This document shows positions 11,661 through 24,403 of a DNA stretch of 64,000 bases, one piece after another. Numbering within the stretch: position 1 is the stretch's first letter; the number at the start of each line of letters is the position of its first letter. This DNA comes from Salisapilia sapeloensis CBS 127946. Taxonomy: Eukaryota > Protista > Oomycota. Below the pieces are notes generated by a model, which was not told the origin of the DNA, ran no database searches, and was given only the letters and a program-made list of their open reading frames with translations. Location of the stretch: contig JAADVB010000028.1 in NCBI GenBank assembly GCA_023334545.1, forward strand, positions 1 through 64,000, read 5' to 3'. A program made the position numbers and the translations under genes.

Positions 11661-14408
11661 TCATTGAGTCGGATGGTGATTCTGTCGGGATGAGAAGGCT
11701 GAGCTGGAATGTTTTTGAGCATACGTCAGTCTTTCATGGTCATGGAAACGATCGGTGGAGGAATCTCCATCGGCAAGACATTCCATCCATTCTTTCGGAA
11801 ATGGATCGCCCATAATAAAAGTTGCGTCTGGCACGAAGACGCTGCCATATGCACGAAGATGGTGATGTGCTGCTAATGTCTGCGTGTCCATGAATCGTAC
11901 TCTTTTTAAACCCACGCTTCCTTTCAAGTTCAATCCTTCGCCTTTCATTCCCATGCAAGCATAAAAGTCGATCTTTGTTATACTTGCGCTTCGAAAGGAA
12001 GAGAGCTGAAGATGCGTGCTACCTAGCAACTGAGGATCTAATGATCTGCACTTCATGCTAGACTTGCGAGGAAAACCACGGTACGATGGATGGATGGCAG
12101 TAGACATTGCCACTGGGTCGCGTAGCGGTGGTTCGATCGACCGGACGAGTTGAATTGAAATGACGTCTGTCTGTGCCACGAGCGCCTTCAGTCCACTAGT
12201 ATCTCTAAGTTTGGAACGCAGTGGTGTCCCAGGCGCAAGGAGCGAATATGTCCGGATGATACGTAGTGGATAGCAGGATGGAAAGTCGTCTGCAGCATGA
12301 GATCCGCTAGGCTTTTGCGTATCCTCAACCTCATCATCGTTTGATGAGGACATTCCACTTGGTTTAGAGTCCAGCGGAATGCACTCAACAGATCCCAATA
12401 CAACTAGTCGTAGGTATAACTTCCAATCGTGTTTTGCATCGTTTGGACCATTAGAAAGTGGTGAAGCTGTATTCCTGATCAAATCTATAAGCGATGTTGG
12501 AATGTCGTAGAGTCCATGCAATATGAGTATCATTCGGCAGAGTGTCATCTGAGATGGAGGCATAGCAACTTCATTATTAACAACACAATGTGTTTCTGCT
12601 TCTGGAACACCTTGTTGGACTCGATACAAGTCGCTCTTTACTTTTTCTTCACTTGGGTGTCCTGTAGCTAATGCAAATTTAGCTTCCATTCTACAAAGCT
12701 GTTGATCTCGCTCGTAAATAGCGTAGCAGTTGCAGCACACACTACACGATTCATATGAGTATCTCAGCTCAGCACATGCACGAGTAGTGATAGCATCGAG
12801 ATAAATAGTATGGACATTTGGGAGCAGCCTCGCTCGGATTCGAGATAATGTTTCATAAATCATATTTGTGGTCATCTTGTACGTAAGATCTTGTCGAGGG
12901 TAAAGAGCAAGACAGCATTTACACTGCTGCTCACGATATAGCTTATTACGAGCTGTCTGCGGCCTTTGCTGTCGAAGTTTTCCGTCTTGTTCATCGGCGT
13001 CAGATATTTGGGAACCGCGATAGCTAAAATAGACTCGACGAAGTGCAAGTGGCAACGGCGGAGGGCATCCTGAAACACCTCCTTTTATCCGAAAGCCTTT
13101 TATCTGTAAAAGCCACCATTGACTATCCTCGTCCTTGATATAATCCGCCACCAGTGAGTCCAGTCGTAAGCGAATTTTGCGTTCTATGTACTGCACGATC
13201 TAGTTCACATCAATTGAGTTACATCATGCAACAGCAACGTGAAACGTATAATCACTCACTTGTTGCGTCAAAGCGGATACTGCGGCACAGCCTCGCTCTG
13301 TAAGTTTTGTTATAGTGCAAGCTTTGCATTCATGGAGATTGGTACCCAGGCGTGCAACAAAGTCGGTCATTGAATACATTGAGGCTTTTGGTTTGGATTG
13401 TTTGCTACCGGAAGGTAGAGCTTGAATTGACTTTCGCCTACATCTAGTCGCCTCGACGCGTTGAGATACCTTCTCCTGAGATGTTCCCACTTCAGTAATC
13501 ACTTTTTCTTTATCATCTCCGTGAGCTTCACATATATTGCTAGATCTTCCTATTGCTGCAAATTCTTCCTCATGAGGAAATGGTGCTACATTGCTAATGA
13601 GCCAACCATGAGGTGCATGACCTCTTTCGAACACAGATCGAACGATGCTGGCTGCAGGTCCTTTGCATTTCACGTACCGTTGCATGGCGAATGAAGTATT
13701 CATATTTGGTGCACTGCGTACCAGTCCTTCGACATCGGAACTTGGTGGCACCCGTATTTGATGACCACGAAAAGTTACTGCATCATAACTGTCAGTCTGC
13801 CTCATAACAGATCTACTCTCCAATACCTGCTCTTTATAAATAATTATGTTAGTCAATTTGTTGCCTTGATCTTGACGATGGAGGCTTTGCAAAGCATCTT
13901 CATCATTCACTAACTCTCGCTTACGAATAATGCCATAGTCGTCTGTAAATACAAAAATTGCTCTCCCTGTTTCCCCGTACACCACTGTATCTGGTATCGG
14001 CATCCGGAGTCCGGACGATGAAATACCATCTCGTACTGAGCTAGACGCTGGTGAAGGTTTGCAGTCTTCCGCCAAAAGCGTATAAAAGTGAATGCCAGGC
14101 AAGAAGGATCGATTATAATAAAAGCTGCTTGCGTCTGCGAAGGACACAATCGCAACATCAGCCTGATACCGCTTTGCATCACGGCTGCTTTCCTTTGCTT
14201 TGTACCTTTGGCGTCGGAAACTATGCGTATTATCTGCTGTCTCCGACGCTTGTAGAAGCGCAGCTTGTAGCTTTTGTTGAACGATACTAGAACGCCTTGA
14301 CTGATGCCTGTATTTGGAATTGAAGTCATTCTCCTCTCCTATTGTTGCGGTGCAAGTTCGAAGTTCCCGGGCTGAGAGTGGTCGAGTGTTCATTTCTATC
14401 ATTGTCAT
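11661..14408 (-). CDS. Large protein with a degenerate ATP-grasp-like N-terminal half and a Cys-rich segment (2 exons)
   Basis: A 394-aa and a 511-aa ORF join via a gtgagt...aactag intron near 13204-13263. Motifs: MPIPDTVV, AMQRYVKCKG..SIVR, VADYIKDEDSQWWLLQIK, QCKCC and CSVCCNC. Confidence 0.6.
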
Positions 14409-14453
14409 TCCTAGGAAGTTGGTGCATTTTCATATCGTAGCGCACTTGTTTGA

Positions 14454-15866
14454 ATGCTTCACAATCCAAAATTAGATTTGCCATTTAAAGCTAGTCATTC
14501 AGCTGCCTGGAAAATGAATGATAATGCAAGTTCATTGTCTGCTCTGATTGTCGGAAAGCAAACTACATTGTCTCGGCAAGCGACACTTCCACGATCATCG
14601 TCATTCTCATCCCGAATTGTGGTAATTTTTTGCATCTCACACCTCACGAGGCGATATAGACTTAATGTCATCCGTCTCTACGCATGCAGGATCGCTTTTT
14701 CACGGACAATTCACTTGAACGACGTCAACGTATTGTCAACACGACGAAACGGCGCCAAGCCAAAGCTAGACTGAAAACCGTTGAGCAGGTATATCTATGT
14801 ACTTCATTTCTAAAGTCGCAGATTTGGTAGCGTACGTCATTGATGGTAGGAAATCTTGACACAGCAAGCCCAAGCCGAGTTAGATGAGGTATACAAAAAA
14901 AGAAAGCAGCGTGAAGAACGTGACTTCCTTCGAATGCAAAACAAATTACAGCATATCGCTGCAACATATATTCAGTACGTATGGCGAAAGTGGCGGCATT
15001 CAAACGTGCGGCAGACAGCGTTAGTCCGATCGAAGCAATTCATTTATGACTTTACCTCGTACCATTTCCATCGCAAGAATCTGAATCGCCATATTTCGTG
15101 TAAAATAATTAGTTCAGCATGGCAACGGCATCGTGCGCAGAGGCAGAGGAAACGTGCGCTTATGGTTATTTTCGCCGCGTTGAATAAGTTTATACGGAGG
15201 CGCCGAATGAAACGCTATGCGGCAGCAAGAAGGATTCAAAGATCTATTAGATCGAGAATAAAGAGAAGGCATTTCAACGCTGCAAAGAAGATAATGCGGA
15301 CAATGAAAGTTTATATCATGCGTTTGCATGTAAAGAAGCTAGTTACGACCTATTGGAGCATGCAGCATCAAAAGTTCTTAAATCAAGAGGCGCGTGTCCT
15401 CCAGCGATCGATAGGGTGTTACACTGTTCGCCGAAGACTAGAGCGGTATTCAGCGCATGATCAGTTTTGGAAGGAAAATGTCGGCGGTATACCACTTAGT
15501 AGCAATGAATGGTCATCTTGGCAAAAGATGCAAACGCAACTAGAGGCAGACACCGCAGACGTCAACCAGAGACTTCGTCGCGAACACACCCGACTTCAAC
15601 AGCTACGCAAGGATTTGGAAACACAAGTACATGATCTAAATGCAAGGATAGTGGAAGGTGAGGAACAGCTAAAGCGTGATATCACGGTTCTGGAATGGCG
15701 GCGTGTTCGTGATGAGGAAGAGTTTCAAGATCGAATGCAGCAATTCAAAGAGGAGACTCGTCGTCAGATACGGATCGGGCTTGAGCGACGGCTTCACAAA
15801 CATAACATACTACAGGAACTGAGTGCTTTTGGTGGTGTAAAATTGAGTAATACTGGTGGAAGATGA
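14454..15866 (+). CDS. IQ-motif (calmodulin-binding) basic coiled-coil protein (3 exons)
   Basis: Several IQ-like motifs: AATYIQYVWRKWR, AARRIQRSIRSR, ARVLQRSIGCY..RR. Two GT-AG introns join the upstream exons in frame (DRFFTDNSLERR...TVEQ|EILTQQAQ). Confidence 0.7.
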
Positions 15867-16053
15867 AGTGTCTGTCCCCAAAGTCAAGACACCAGGTATC
15901 AATAAACTGAGACATTGAACATTTTGTACTTTGTTCCAATTTATAAATGCATACACAATCTCACGGACACAAAACAAAATTTGGTCGGAAGGCAGGTTTT
16001 AGGTGCTATCGCTGCCAAGTACGAGCTTAATTTGCTTCAATCAGACTTTTCAA

Positions 16054-17974
16054 ATGGCGTCTGCAAGGGAACAAATAATGGACGCACTCATGGAGCTTCG
16101 TGCTTCTACAAATGTCGATGATATAAGAGATACTTTCGATAGAACGTGTCTTGGTATGCATTACTTTGCTTTTAATTATATGCAGGATATTAGTTCATTC
16201 GAATATAGCTCTGGAAAAGATCACTCGAAAACGCTCTCGATTTATGGAAGATGCCCTAGCAGCATTGTTACGCCAAGTGTGGGCGTTAGTAGACGATGAT
16301 ACGAGCAACTACGAGGAAGAAAATGTCATTGCGAGTTTGTCTCCAAACGAGGCGACTAAACTCTCACTTGAATTTGTGCGCTGCCTTTTGCCTAACGGAA
16401 GCATTGAGGTGGAGGGAGATGAAGACGCACGCCAGGTGATCAGCACATAAATGTTATGATGCATAAAAGAAAGCTATAACTACGTGCTGTTAGCGTGGTG
16501 TCATGGTGGCCTTCTACCTGCAGCTTTTCGAGCGTAACCAGTCTCTTATTGGCAAAACTTCTGCCTTGGAACATAATCGGATCGATTTAGTAAATTCGGT
16601 GCTTGAGTGCGGGATTGAGCCACACACTTTACTGGCCACAAGTCATATTCGTCAAGAAATTAAATCGTGCCAACGGTTTATGATTCCATCAGGCTCTGAA
16701 ACGGAACTTTATGACGCAGATGGACTCGAAAGGGATGATGATGATGAATGGGTTGCTGACTGGATCCTTGAAAAATATGGGGTTGTGCCATTAAAGTATT
16801 TTATTCTACAGTCCGGTCAAGAGTATGAATTTGCCGCATGGTCTACTTGTGGAATAGCAAGGTTTGCTTCCCTTTACTTCACCTTCGGTCAAGTTAAGGA
16901 GATGGCTTGTATCATCGCTCCATTTTCATGGCTTCACTTGGCATCGTCATACGTTCAAGAACTACTTAGAGACCAAAGCGAACAAGTATGATCCTACGTT
17001 GTCTACTTTTTGCCTACCTTTCGCATATCAAACTCATATTATCTTGCAGGTACGACGGTGTGGGCTGCTACTGCTTGATGCTGTGCTGTCAATGTGTACT
17101 CGCAATGAGCTGTCTATCTCCTCGATGGACGAGACAGTCACCCCAAATGCCCAAAACTTGTCCATCGGTAGTGAACAAATTCGAACAGAAGCATGGCTAA
17201 CGTCGCTTATCGAGTTCATGACCAATGCTATGGTTGGCTTCTCGCAGCCTAAAAACCGCACTCTAGCACTAACTTCGCTACGGTGTTTGCTGTCCAAAAT
17301 TGTCGTAGCTGACCGGTAAGTCCTCTTTCAGTATGATTTTCATCTCGAAAGTATGCATCTCTTACGCGACACTAGCATACGGTTGCTATGCAGTTTGTCG
17401 CTTCGATGCCCGTACGCGAATGTCTCTGCCGTCTTCGTCGATGAAATCCGAGCGTGCTATAAAACGAGCGAAAGGAACAATCTGATAGGTATTTTAGTTT
17501 TAGTCACTGCGTCTTTGGATACAGTAATTTTATATTGCTGTCGGATATTCGACTCACACAACTTGTTCGTAAAGGCATCTTCACGTTTTTGGACAAAACG
17601 TTGAACCGAGCAGCAGACCGGGACCTTTACCAAAGCGCTGATCTTCTCGCCAGTCTCTTCAGTTTACTTCGCCTCACGTGGCTTCAAATGGGTGTAAATT
17701 ATCATGATCAGATAAATCATTAATGACCACTTTGCATTTATCTGACGCCACTGTATTGTAGCAGGTTCCTGACTCCAGCAGATTGATCGAGACGAAAGGT
17801 ATCCAAGCGTCTTTAGAAAAGGTTAAGCGTCGACTGGGTTTAGAGTTACAAGAGGCAACCTTAAATGCCTCGGCAGCGTCAAAGGATACAGCATCTGCAA
17901 CCATTCAGAATGAATTTACTCGACTGGTGCTGCTGCAAGCTGCTTTGGAACCAGTGCTGGAGCTTTATCAGTAG
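16054..17974 (+). CDS. Glomulin / ALF4 (YAP-binding) family-like helical protein (multi-exon)
   Basis: Segments GIARFASLYF...IIAPFSWLHL, VRRCGLLLLDAVL, NRTLALTSLRCLLSK, LRCPYANVSAVFVDEIR, DLYQSADLLASLFSLLRL and the terminal LVLLQAALEPVLEL follow the glomulin/ALF4 pattern by eye. An HMM check is needed. Confidence 0.6.
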
Positions 17975-17978
17975 TAAT

Positions 17979-19360
17979 CTACGATTCGTTTCGAGTAATT
18001 GAATTGGAATTGCTTAATACAAACGCTGCATGCTCCGCGTATTTCGATAGTGGCTGTAATCGGGAAGGCGATCGCTGATGAGATCGCTTTGGAGACGTCA
18101 GTGAGTCGTTATCCACAAGCACGAAGTCAGATTGCGAATTTGGCGGTAAGGAATGCAATTGCTTCTTCTTCAAGGGTTTTAATACATATCGCAATGTGTG
18201 CATGATAGTTGAAAAGTGCCCTCCCATCGCTAAACCTTTTACTTGCTAGTAGTTCAAGCACATAATTAATTATCAATCTTGTTAATGGAGACAAAACGAT
18301 ACTCACCATCACATCAGTGACACTATTGACATTTCTACTATGCAGAAATCTGGTGACTTCAAACGCTAAATCTTGTGCTTGTTCTGTTCGGTCTTGTATG
18401 TGCTCTCGTAGTTCATCCGTATCACCAGCTTGTTGTAGCAGAACTACCGTTCGTACGAACTCACTAAACGACTCACTAATAGCTTCACCATCACTCCTGG
18501 ATGTCTTTGACATTTTAGACAAAAATGCGGCTTTGAATAGAACGTTTTCGAGAGGAAGGTCGGTTGAATCAAGTGGGAGACCGAGAACTTTTGACTCTAG
18601 CTGTTTCTTGACACGGTGATAACTTTCTGTATCGCGAAAGTTATCCATACTATTATTCACGCCAATTTCTTTTGTTTCACTACTCTTTGCGGCATAAAAG
18701 CTATCGAACTCTGGTGATAATCGGACCTGCTTTCGTATTTCCTGTTTAGAGCTTCTCTTGGTCTCTGCTTTGACCCCTACAACTATCGCGTGTAGTTCCA
18801 AGGCAAGTTGAGTTGGAAACCCCCAAATTACGAGGTCCTGAGGCGTCTTGGCTTTAGATAAAATGTCATACCCTGTAAAGCACTCATGATCAGACAAGAT
18901 TTTGCAATATGTATCACGTTCTTTTCTCTTTGCTCTTGTTTGCTCAAGCTTCTTTACATCATTTGTGAGTGTCATAAATAAATACGAAATAGTAAATAAG
19001 ACATACTTGGTTTTGTTCAGATTTGCTGTCACTTTCGCAGCTTTCTACTTTCATCGTCACGCCTTCTTCATTCCTAGCACTGATAGCGATATGGACAAAA
19101 TGATGTGCGGGTGCATTCAAGCCAGCCGGTAGTAAATGATGCTGTATTGACAAAGAAGTACCTTTATCGGTACTATCAGAGCAGTCTCCAACTCTTTGCA
19201 AAGAAATACTGCTCAATACCGAATCATTCATATTTGTATTTGTATCCGGAAGCTTTTTGGTGACTGGGCAACGTTGCTTCGTAATAGCTCGTACGGGAGA
19301 AAGCAAGCGTTTCGACAGCCGACTGCGAACTATCTTCATTATATCAGAAGTCTTGTGCAT
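17979..19360 (-). CDS. Hypothetical protein (at least 3 exons)
   Basis: Three ORFs join through canonical gtatgt...gtaaag and gtgagt...tactag introns. First ATG at 19360, TAG at 17979-17981. No recognised domain. Confidence 0.6.
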
Positions 19361-19445
19361 GTCCAAGCCTTCCTCTCTTAGTTTCCGACTACATTCGAAG
19401 GCATAGCTAGTTTAACATTTAGCATGGTAATGATAAAGTTATCGC

Positions 19446-21305
19446 TTACAGTAGTGTCACAACATCCGATAGTTCATAGCCTTCGGTAACAGCGAAACGC
19501 ATGGCTTTAGCTGGTAGGTCAGTCGGAAATACATCCGACTTGGACTTTGTGGGTGAGAGTTGCATTAAATCCTGTGCAATAGACGAATGGAGTAATGATG
19601 ATGGAAACTTTGCTTTTGATAAATCTTTTGATGGAGGTAATCGTCTAGACTGGCCATTCAATCGTTGATCTGATCGGTAATTTTGTTGTAGGAGCCCTGC
19701 TTGTTTTACAATAGGATTGTCGATAGTAGATGCCTCAAACCAAGACTGTTCAGAGTGAAAAGTATATCAAGATTAGTGTGCGTACAAGACTACCAACTTG
19801 AATATAATGGGCACCTGCATCATCTTTTCATCCTCCTTGTACCGTTTCGTCAGCACAGTTGAGACAAATGTCTTTGCTTCCTGTACTTCCTGACGAAGGT
19901 TGTCTTCATATCGACGATAGTCTGCATCCACTTGCAAAATAAATGCCCACAAGTCACCACAAGATAAATACTTTCGAACGAGCTGATCGACGCGAGGCAA
20001 CAACAAGCTGTGCTTCTTGTATCTTGATAATGACCTTCTGACCGTATAACCTCTGAAGATGGCCTGGATTCTTACAGCCGCTTTCTAGATCCAAAAGACA
20101 AACGTCAGAGCCATGAAGCAGACATCCAGTTAGCATACCAACGTACCATCTTTCTATCATGCTGCTGTTGCTTTAATAGATTGTCAACCTGGATCATTCG
20201 GTGAAAAGCGAAGCGAAGATTGGCTATCCGGAACACAGCAGCCAATTTATTCATCCCTTTCAAAATAGTGTTCATGCGTTGTGCTCTTTGATTAGCTTCC
20301 ATTCGTTTCCGCATAGCTTCGCGATATAGCCTAGATTGTCGTACAAACCGCTGAATAGTTACTACAGCTCGATTTCTCTTTTCCATCTCTATAGCTAGTA
20401 AAAGTTGCTGTCGAAGGACAACACTTTGGCGCATGCGCCACACAGATTGAATCACCACTGCAGCTGCATAAGTTACCTGTTCGCGAAATTCTAGCCAAAT
20501 TTGCATCCACTCGCATCGACGCAGGTATTGTCTGCCCATATCCTGCAGTGTGTTTGCTGCATAGTTGTGAATAAATGCTTTGATCATCTTTACTTCTATT
20601 TCTTCCTTTGCTAACTTATCTTTAATGACATTTAGTCGTCTCTGTAACTCTGGTAATAGAGTCGCCGCTGGAATAAGCTGCTTCGAGTAGAGGTCAAAAG
20701 CATCGGAATCAACGTGGGCAAGATCGATGTCAGGTCGCCGGAGGTTCCAAGCATTCGCATCTTTCCGAACGTCAGCTAGTGGGGCTTTTTCATCTTCCAT
20801 TCGTTTAACAACCTCCTGGGCCTTGTATATATCTCGATGCAGCTTCTTCATTTGCTTTTTCCAGTCATCCACATTGCGTCTAGACTGTCGTAACCTATCT
20901 TCCAGAGCCAACCTCATCTGTCGTAGCTTGTTGTACACAGTTGTATGGTCATCCGTCCTAAGTAGCTCAACAAGTGAGTCGTGAACTCATTCCTATCTAT
21001 CAGTTGGATTACCTCCATGTTGGCTTTCGCATACGAAAGACAATGTCCTCTGGGAGATGAACGACATCATACTCCATATCCTCCATAAACGATTTAAGAT
21101 TGAGACAGCGATGAGCAGCCATGCTTTGGCGTCGTCGGAGTCTAGGTGCAGCTCTCGAATTCAATTTGCAACTGGTACAGGAGTTGCAAGCAAATCCTGC
21201 TGCATTATCACATGACGTTTTTGCTTTGCTCATCTCACACGTGCATGGACGTCCACGATGACATCCACACGGACGCATGAGTCCCACATCCTCATCAGAC
21301 TTCAT
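19446..21305 (-). CDS. IQ-motif coiled-coil protein with Cys-rich N-terminus (multi-exon)
   Basis: IQ motifs AAAVVIQSVWRMR, AVVTIQRFVRQ and, after splicing, AAVRIQAIFRGYTVRR. N-terminal CGC..RPCTC...CNSCTSC. Confidence 0.7.
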
Positions 21306-21445
21306 ACCAACTTATCTGTCCCTTAATCTATTTTCGTCTACGAATATACAAAGTCTCTAAACTCGATAAATGACATGTCGAATACAACAAGAAGGTAGAT
21401 TGCATGTAGATCCTACTTTGATCCATTTATTCATAAGATGCAATC

Positions 21446-22534
21446 TTAATGCAAGTACTGGACAGTCTCAGGTACAATTCGAAAGCCACGTCCATGATCT
21501 TCCGAAGCAGACTCCAGATCAAAGCTAATGACGCCACAATTACGAACTTTGGTCGATTTGAGCTCGTGATCGATATTTTCAGGTAGAAATTCTCGACAGA
21601 ACGCTCGAATCCAGTGCGAGTGGCCAAAGACGACTACAATGTCTTCCTTCCGACCGAAACACCATGTTGCAAAGCGTAGCATTCGGTCCGTTGCATGTCC
21701 AAATAACGCCTTGTTGCCGTGGCTTTCGGCCAAGTTAAACAACTCGCCTAGAGGTCGACGATACCGTACTCCGACATTGCCGACGGGAGCAGGTCCGTAG
21801 GCTTCACTGATCGCTAGCGTGTCCATATTCCGTCCAAGTTCCTGTAATGACGATAGGACATGTAGTTGCTGCCCGACACCTTGGTCTAGACGAGGAGCAG
21901 CGACGATCCGAGCCGTGTCGATAGTACGCCGGAGGTTGGAGCAGGCGACGACACTATCAAGAGACGGACAGGTCAGCTCTTTCAGTAGCTTTCGTCTTAA
22001 AGGAAGGTCCTCTGCATCCTGCCTCTCTTCCGTTTCTAGTTGGTCTGCCAATGCTCGGCATTGGATCAAACCGCGCTCACTTAATGGTGAATCGAGGAAA
22101 ATCGAGTCACGTGTTGGTAGGAGCAAGGCTTCTCGAATAACAGCCTGCATAAGTCTGAATATAGCACCGATATTGATGCCTCGATTGAAAACGACGTTCC
22201 ATTCCGATTCAGCATGACGCACAATGACTATTGTTTTTCGTCGACGTTGAGACGAAGCACCAGTGGCCTTTACGACGTCGCTAGGTGCTGAAGGATGGGC
22301 AAGACGAGGACGCTGTTTTTCGTCCGTTGAGAAGAGCAAGTGGAGTGCTCCGAGTGCGAAGAGCTGAAGTTTCCACCAGACGTTCCAGAGCGCTTCCCAT
22401 ACAAAGTCGGACCAAGTGTCACGACGTGAGACAAATGCATCTGAGCCGTTGTCGGAAGACGAATAATCGTCGACCTGGAGGCTCGTGTCGATGGGTGATG
22501 ACGGCCCAGAGGACCCTGAAAGCGTACGCCGCAT
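21446..22534 (-). CDS. Histidine phosphatase (phosphoglycerate-mutase-like) family protein
   Basis: RHAESEWN, DSPLSERG, SNLRRTIDTA and VFGHSHWIR are the catalytic His motifs. There is a hydrophobic N-terminal segment. First ATG at 22534 (the ORF-track start at 22594 is GTG). Confidence 0.85.
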   Translation of the reverse strand: MRRTLSGSSGPSSPIDTSLQVDDYSSSDNGSDAFVSRRDTWSDFVWEALWNVWWKLQLFALGALHLLFSTDEKQRPRLAHPSAPSDVVKATGASSQRRRKTIVIVRHAESEWNVVFNRGINIGAIFRLMQAVIREALLLPTRDSIFLDSPLSERGLIQCRALADQLETEERQDAEDLPLRRKLLKELTCPSLDSVVACSNLRRTIDTARIVAAPRLDQGVGQQLHVLSSLQELGRNMDTLAISEAYGPAPVGNVGVRYRRPLGELFNLAESHGNKALFGHATDRMLRFATWCFGRKEDIVVVFGHSHWIRAFCREFLPENIDHELKSTKVRNCGVISFDLESASEDHGRGFRIVPETVQYLH

Positions 22535-23080
22535 ATTCCTCTTCTTCCTTTTAGCAATATTCTGTTGTGCTTCATACTTCACACAAACTGCCACTGATTG
22601 ATAAGTTGCTGTTTGTCCTGTTACTAGTGCTCTGGCTAGGCACCTTCTAAAATAAATGAAATTCTAGCAACGTAGGAACTATCGCTGCACATTTTGAGCC
22701 TCTGCCCTAGATAGAGCTGTCGATGATATCGATACTATGACTGCATGCGCGTGGCAATCTAGGACAGCAACCGAGTCGTCCAGTACACGATGGACCTTGA
22801 ACGGTCGTAGACATACTTTGATCCTTTTTGAGGTGAAGGAACGACTTGTAGACACTCTAGATCAGCTCACTAGACACTTTCGAGCATGCTCTATTCGTAT
22901 ATGCCAAAATTGGAATTTTGAAAAACGAGTATGGTCGTCGACTCAAGCTCGCTGTCTTGGGTTTTGCGCTCGAGGATGTTATGTTGGCGGCTTGGCTCTT
23001 TCGAGGCATACAAAAAGCTAGTTATTCAAACCAACAGCGCTGGCTGTAAGGAAAGTGTTGCGAATTCTGGGCCCACTATC

Positions 23081-23636
23081 TTATTGTATGATCTCGAAAA
23101 GTCGCGGATCAAGCGAATAATCTTCGGGCTGAAATGCAGTGTTTTGTAGCAAGCGGAATACGGATAAGAGTAATATTTCCAGCTTTTGAAAGGTGTGGAA
23201 CATGTAGAGATGCAGGTTTTCTCACACCGAGTTGAAGCATGAACGGGTGTGAGCGCAAATGATAGAAAGTAGACTCTTTGCATAGTGCCATTTGGTCAGC
23301 TCAAGTCGACGAAATATTGTCCTCCGCTCGACCTATATATGCAGTGTTATTGCCCTGTCCTATCCCACAGATTTGCATTTAGACGATTTTCTGGCATCAT
23401 TACCGTTGCCTTGAGCAAAGCCGATAGTCTATCCAGCGTGCAAGTTGCCACGGAATGCGCCAGCTGGGGAAACGTAGCTACGCCGGATCTGTGCCTTCTC
23501 AGACTTTCCGACCCTTCAAGATGTTGTTGAAGTTGGGCGTATCCTATAAAAAAGGTTTTAGTTACTACGTCGAACGCTTTTTACCAAGGAAATGTACATA
23601 AGAATCTACTCTATTCCCCTTGTACAAGATACGCAT
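23081..23636 (-). CDS. Putative small multi-exon orphan gene
   Basis: Three GT-AG introns give a continuous reading of roughly 130 aa: MRILYKGNRVDSYVHFLGYAQLQQHLEG...LSALLKATVERRTIFRRLELTKWHYAK...LEILLLSVFRLLQ...FEIIQ*. It sits head-to-head with Alba, 55 bp away. No homology recognised. Confidence 0.3.
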
Positions 23637-23691
23637 CCGCCACCGCCTCGCCAGATCTCAAACGCGAGAATCTTGGAAAAAGGAAAAAGCG

Positions 23692-24343
23692 ATGGAGCCG
23701 AAGAAGGAACTGGCCAAGTACAAGCGCGTGACACCGTCACGTGAAAAGTCGGATGCTCCGAGAGCGCCGAACGAAGTTCGTATCACCCAAGAAGGTCCTG
23801 TGTGGCGCTACGTGAGCGTCGCGAGCAACATGGTCAAGGTACACGTCCGTGCGTCTTTTCAACATCCATTGCGTCCTTAGCGTTTCTCTGTGTGTGTAGG
23901 ATGATGAACAGGTGAGTGTGGTCCTCAGTGGCATGGGTCGAGCCATCCAAAAGACCGTGACTGTCGCTGAAGTCCTCAAGCACCGTATTGTTGGTCTCCA
24001 TCAAGTCACTCGGATTTCCTCCAAGGAAACGACGGAACGTTATGAGCCGCTAGAAGAAGGTTTGGATGCGGTTGAGAAGACACGGTTCATCCCATGCATC
24101 TCGATCGAACTGTCCATCAAGGAGCTCGATACGTCCGATCCAGGTTACCAAAGCCCACTTCCGGAAACCGCCGTCCAACGTCATAAGCCTCGTGGTGAAC
24201 GTACGAAAGAGAATGCTGACAAGTCAGAGCAAGTCGCTTCGGAAGAGAACAAGGCTCCCAACGAACGCAAGAGTCGTAAGACTCGTCGTAGTAAGAAGAA
24301 ATCGAGTGAAAAAGCGACGAAGAATGCGACCGACAAGGACTAG
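23692..24343 (+). CDS. Alba-domain RNA-binding protein (RPP25-like; 2 exons)
   Basis: NEVRITQ..., VVLSGMGRAIQKTVTVAEVLKHRIVGLHQVT, YEPLEEGLD and ISIELS..ELDTSDPGYQSP. One intron near 23839-23900. Confidence 0.88.
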
Positions 24344-24403
24344 CAACACGTCCAAACACGAATCATTTAGTTTTTCCAACAAGGTCTTTTCATTCCGCCA
24401 TAT

